Below, piece after piece: positions 44,773-48,293 of a stretch of 48,293 nucleotides of DNA. Origin of the DNA: an uncultured Bacteroidales bacterium. Its GTDB lineage: Bacteria; Bacteroidota; Bacteroidia; Bacteroidales; UBA10428. The notes under the pieces are model-generated. The model had not been told where the DNA came from and did not search any database. It saw nothing but the letters and a program-made list of their open reading frames with translations. The stretch is taken from NCBI GenBank assembly GCA_964390385.1, contig CAYMJH010000003.1, positions 1 to 48,293 on the forward strand, written 5' to 3'. Made by a program: the position numbers and the translations under genes. The first letter of the stretch is position 1. Every line of letters starts with the position of its first letter.

Positions 44773-47745
44773 ATGGCAAGAATAACAATTTTCCTACTTT
44801 TTTTGGTGCTTCCGGGCATCAGTACCCTGTCCGGTCAGGTACGGCAGGAGATAAGCCTTTCAGGAGCGGGATGGCGGGTCTGGCTTGACAGAACAGCCAC
44901 CTGGCAAAATGATGTACTCTACTTACCGCGCACCCTCGATTTGTCGAAAGTGGTGTCAAATCCTCCTTCCTGCGGATGGGATGGATTATACAGCGAAAAA
45001 GGTATTTCGGGAAAGGTGCCGGGCACTTTTGAAGAACTCTTTGGTAACGGGGACCCGCTCTGGCGTTACCACGGGGTGGGCTGGTTCACCAGGGAAATAT
45101 CCGTCCCGGAAGAGTGGAAGGACAAAACGGTAATGCTGAACATTGAAAAGGCAAGGCTCCGGATTGAGATTTATATCAACGAAGTTTTGGCCGGATATGA
45201 TATCATTGCTGAAACGCCTTATTCCGCCGACATTAGTTCGTTCCTGAAACACGGGCAATCCAACAGGATCGCCATCCGGGTGACCAATCCCGGGGGGCAA
45301 CGGGGCTGGAACGATTCTCCGGTAACTGAATGGGGAAATCAGAAACTCTGTCCGGGACATGATTTTGGAGGACTGGGCAACGTTTCTCTTGTGGTCACCG
45401 GAAATTGTTACATCAGTGATGTTTTTATAAAGAACCTTCCTCCTGCCAAAGCAAACAACATAGAATTACGGGTTGAAATCAGCAATAAGAAACCGCGGCC
45501 AAATAACCTGAAGGTAGAGACTGAAATTTTTCCCTGGCCTGATGGTAAGATCATTTTCTCAAAATCATGGGATTTAAAGCTGAATGTGCAGGATGCATTT
45601 ACCCTGGTAGAAAAGATGGCAGTCCCTGAGGCTGAAATCTGGGATGTAGATTCACCCAATCTCTATTTTTGCAAGGTGAAAATCTCGGGAGAAGGGGTGT
45701 CCGATGAGGTTCAGGTTCGTTTCGGGTTTCGTGTTTTCGAAGTAAAAGCGAATGGTGAAGGAAAGGAGAATTTTTACCTGAATGGCAACCGGATTCGCAT
45801 CCGCTCCGCCATCGACTGGGGATATTACTGGCAGACCGGTTTTTATGCCACTGATGAAATGGCCCGTAAGAGCGTGGAGAATGCCAAAGCCATCGGTCAT
45901 AATGGCATCAGTTTTCACCGGCGCATCGGCGAACCTTTGGTCATGAAATATGCCGATGAGCTGGGTTTGCTCATTTACGAGGAGCCCGGGGGTATGCAGG
46001 GAATCTCTGAATTGAGAACCCCATCCTGGATCATGAACACACCTGAACATCAGGCTTATTTTGCCGCCAATACCATGCCGGAGAAGTTTCACCGGATGGT
46101 AATCCGGGATCGTAACCATCCTTCCGTGGTGGTCTGGAGTATCGTCAATGAACAAACCACTTACGATTACATTCATAAGAAAATTTTTGAAGAAACCTGG
46201 AAGTCAGACAATTCCAGGCTCCTCGTCAATCAGTCGGGCGGGCATTACGGCGATGCCTCCGGACCTATTCCACACATGCGTCCCTATGAATTCCGTCCTC
46301 GGCTGGATTATATTGATGACCATACCGTTGATGCCAAATCGCGTTTCCAGGAGAGTGATTTGTTTTCTCATGAGTCGGGAAATGACAGTTCCATCATTTA
46401 CTGGGGGGAAGTTCGGTGCTATTGCGGCCCGGATAATTATTACCTGTTGGCTAATCCGGAGAATAAACAAGGTTACGATTATACATCATGGGAAGTCATG
46501 GGCAAAAAGACCGAAGCTTATTTCAAACAGAACGATTTTTCAAGGCATCCGACTATTAAAAGTCCGGCGGATTTAAGCCGGGAGGCAGGGCGTGGTCTGA
46601 TGTACATCAACGGACGTCTGAGTCAGGCCATCCTGTCAGACAATACCAACGACGGGTATGCCATCAACGGCTGGAGCGGAGCGGATCAGAATCTGGGTGA
46701 CGATATGCTGGCGTGGTATTCTGCCATAAGCGATGAGGGCCGCAACCTGAAAGGCCCGGCTCCGGATTATAACTTCTGGATAAGGGGTTTGCAAATTACC
46801 GCGCGCCGGATGAATGGCAAATATTTTGAGCCGGGAGACACCGTCCGCTTCAGGATCGGACTGATCAATGAAAACAAGATTCCTCCGGGAATATATCAGT
46901 TGGATATCCGGGTTACCGACGGAATGGACCATCTCACCGGGTACCGGTTACAAAAGGAAGTGAGAGTGAATGGCGGAGATGACTATGCCCAAATTTTCGT
47001 CAATGAGTTGCAAATCATCATGGAGAAGAGCTGGAACGCAGGCTACATTACCCTGAATTGCAACTTGTTGAAAGATGGGAAAGTGGTGGCAGAGGGTAAG
47101 GAACAGGTATTGCTGAAAAACCGCTCCTCCTGGCAGGACCATCTTTCACAACAGAAAATTCTTACGCTGAATTGGAAAGCGGCGGAGTTGGCATTACAAG
47201 AAGCCGGAATTGTCCTTCCGGCATTTTCACCGGCCTTGAAAACTGATTGTATTCTGGCAGGAAAAGTAATGAATGAGAATACATTCATACTCGTTCTGAA
47301 ACAGGTGAAAGCCGGAGCAGTCCTGATCGTGAAATTCGACTCCGCATGGGCAGAGTTACTTTATAACCAAAAAATTCTGAAATCCAGTGTAACTGATTGG
47401 GGAGGTGTCCAGAAACCCTACTGGAACGGGAACGGTTGGGGATATATTGACCTGTTGAGCCAAAATATTGCCGTTCCGTCAGGGTATACCATAGGAACCA
47501 ACAGTTGGGAGGCCAATTCTGATCCGGTTGGATTCGAGCCTTTTGAAAGCAACTTTCCGCAGAAATCGCACGGCGCTTTCTTTTTCCGGCCTGGTAATCT
47601 CTTTACCCTTCTGGGCGAAATAGTTTATGGGAAAGGAAAGATCATTCTGGCTCCTTCCTATCCGGTGGATGACAATGAGGCATTTAACGATATGATCTTT
47701 TTTGGGTTGATTATATCAAGCACTAAAAACCTGTCTGAACAATGA
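44773..47745 (+). CDS. Glycoside hydrolase family 2
   Basis: It has a signal peptide and a sugar-binding domain (WRYHGVGWFTREISVPEEWKDKTVMLNIEKARLRIEIYINEVLAGY). The barrel region reads NGISFHRRIGEP, ADELGLLIYEEPGG, with the acid/base motif RDRNHPSVVVWSIVNE. Confidence 0.85.
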   Translation: MARITIFLLFLVLPGISTLSGQVRQEISLSGAGWRVWLDRTATWQNDVLYLPRTLDLSKVVSNPPSCGWDGLYSEKGISGKVPGTFEELFGNGDPLWRYHGVGWFTREISVPEEWKDKTVMLNIEKARLRIEIYINEVLAGYDIIAETPYSADISSFLKHGQSNRIAIRVTNPGGQRGWNDSPVTEWGNQKLCPGHDFGGLGNVSLVVTGNCYISDVFIKNLPPAKANNIELRVEISNKKPRPNNLKVETEIFPWPDGKIIFSKSWDLKLNVQDAFTLVEKMAVPEAEIWDVDSPNLYFCKVKISGEGVSDEVQVRFGFRVFEVKANGEGKENFYLNGNRIRIRSAIDWGYYWQTGFYATDEMARKSVENAKAIGHNGISFHRRIGEPLVMKYADELGLLIYEEPGGMQGISELRTPSWIMNTPEHQAYFAANTMPEKFHRMVIRDRNHPSVVVWSIVNEQTTYDYIHKKIFEETWKSDNSRLLVNQSGGHYGDASGPIPHMRPYEFRPRLDYIDDHTVDAKSRFQESDLFSHESGNDSSIIYWGEVRCYCGPDNYYLLANPENKQGYDYTSWEVMGKKTEAYFKQNDFSRHPTIKSPADLSREAGRGLMYINGRLSQAILSDNTNDGYAINGWSGADQNLGDDMLAWYSAISDEGRNLKGPAPDYNFWIRGLQITARRMNGKYFEPGDTVRFRIGLINENKIPPGIYQLDIRVTDGMDHLTGYRLQKEVRVNGGDDYAQIFVNELQIIMEKSWNAGYITLNCNLLKDGKVVAEGKEQVLLKNRSSWQDHLSQQKILTLNWKAAELALQEAGIVLPAFSPALKTDCILAGKVMNENTFILVLKQVKAGAVLIVKFDSAWAELLYNQKILKSSVTDWGGVQKPYWNGNGWGYIDLLSQNIAVPSGYTIGTNSWEANSDPVGFEPFESNFPQKSHGAFFFRPGNLFTLLGEIVYGKGKIILAPSYPVDDNEAFNDMIFFGLIISSTKNLSEQ

Positions 47746-47758
47746 CACTGCTCTGTGT

Positions 47759-47791
47759 CGGAAACGTTTCCGTTAAAAGAAAACGTTTCCG
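47759..47791. promoter_or_regulatory. Second copy of the AAACGTTT palindromic operator module (two sites)
   Basis: CGGAAACGTTTCCG (47759-47772) is a perfect 14-bp palindrome, followed by GAAAACGTTTCCG (47779-47791). Core centres are 19 bp apart, as for sites 1-2 at 1113-1145. The module lies ~100-120 nt upstream of the ATG at 47888. Confidence 0.55.
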
Positions 47792-47887
47792 AACCCGATT
47801 TCAATTCTTACATGCAATACCTTAGAAAAAAATATCCACCTTTGGTTAAATTTCATATTAATGTTTTTTAAACCAATAGATTATGCC

Positions 47888-48265
47888 ATGAAAAAACTGT
47901 TTATAATTTGTTTTACACTCCTGCTGATTACTCAGGCTTATGCACAGACAAGCGAAAACTCTGTCGCATTAACGCAAAACGAAATCCGGATGCAGTGGTG
48001 GAAAGATGCCAAATTCGGCATGTTCATCCATTGGGGAATATACTCCGTTCCTTCCGGCAAGTGGGGCGACAAAACCACCTATGGTGAGTGGATCATGCAT
48101 TCGGCAAAAATTTCCAGAGCCGAATATTCCGCATTGGCCAAACAATTCAATCCCACCGGTTTCAGAAGGTACCAGAGGATATTCCTGAAACCGGTTTCCA
48201 GGCTATCTTTCCGGATATGGGATTCCAAATCCGCAAAGAATGCGAACCGGTTGGCCTGCTCATAA
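47888..48265 (+). pseudogene. GH29 alpha-L-fucosidase, N-terminal fragment only (homology lost after ~aa 90)
   Basis: The signal MKKLFIICFTLLLITQAYAQ is followed by MQWWKDAKFGMFIHWGIYSV...YSALAKQFNPTGF, which is GH29-like. After ~48160 no forward frame shows the expected ..EW..LAK.AGMKY.V.T.KHHDGF continuation, and the frame stops at 48265. Confidence 0.55.
48155..48198. repeat. 11-bp perfect inverted repeat plus a 12-bp palindrome at the GH29 breakpoint
   Basis: ACCGGTTTCAG (48155-48165) and CTGAAACCGGT (48185-48195) are exact reverse complements with a 19-nt spacer. GAAACCGGTTTC (48187-48198) is itself a perfect palindrome. Confidence 0.6.
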
Positions 48266-48293
48266 AACACCCTGGCCGGAGCATTCCTGGCAA

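Noticed and set aside
48079-48270. A minus-strand 63-aa ORF and a plus-strand open frame from ATG 48217 at the right edge, considered as separate genes.
   Set aside because: Both overlap the broken GH29 region and run into the window boundary. I recognise no family motif, so they are reported only as part of the breakpoint finding.
1-48293. Searched by eye for CRISPR arrays, tRNA/rRNA genes, integrases, transposases, toxin-antitoxin or defence-system genes, and sulfatases.
   Set aside because: Every ORF over ~100 aa that is not antisense to a larger gene is accounted for by recF/DUF721 or carbohydrate-related functions. No regularly spaced repeats or RNA-gene-like GC-rich blocks were seen, apart from the twin hairpins at 36.1 kb. 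The absence of sulfatases argues against a fucoidan, ulvan or carrageenan-type target.

Overview
This is a Bacteroidota-type chromosomal segment, judged from a SusC/SusD pair, a hybrid two-component regulator, a TAnnTTTG -7 box and lipoprotein-rich exported enzymes. The left edge holds the 3' part of recF and its translationally coupled DUF721 gene. The remaining ~47 kb is one large carbohydrate-utilisation region with several transcription units. (i) 1.2-8.3 kb: FAD-oxidoreductase lipoprotein, frameshifted beta-propeller glycosidase, RhaT, cytoplasmic URO-D-like protein, GH29 and RhaM, preceded by a triple AAACGTTT palindromic operator array. (ii) A short divergent GH29-like gene. (iii) An MFS sugar porter plus a 1101-aa cytoplasmic DUF5107/TPR protein. 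(iv) A classical PUL: HTCS on the minus strand, divergent from SusC-SusD-GH97-SGNH/DUF5703 fusion-beta-helix protein-GH2-GH127. (v) GH106-like plus GH95-like genes, a minus-strand secreted GH116, a second GH2, and a truncated third GH29 preceded by a second copy of the same operator module. I recognised no rRNA, tRNA, CRISPR array, integrase or transposase. The enzyme set (3x GH29, GH95-like, GH106-like, RhaT/RhaM, GH127, GH2, GH97, GH116, SGNH esterase, no sulfatase) points to a fucose/rhamnose-rich, acetylated, non-sulfated complex glycan. The main second-look items are: the shared operator module at both ends of the locus; a frame switch lying exactly on a T_TTA_AAG heptamer; the uncharacterised cytoplasmic genes (URO-D-like, DUF5107/TPR); the very AT-rich HTCS-SusCD-GH97 core inside ~50% GC flanks; a twin GC-rich hairpin repeat with a compensatory base-pair change; and a broken GH29 with palindromes at the right edge. 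All family assignments come from motif recognition by eye, not from database searches.
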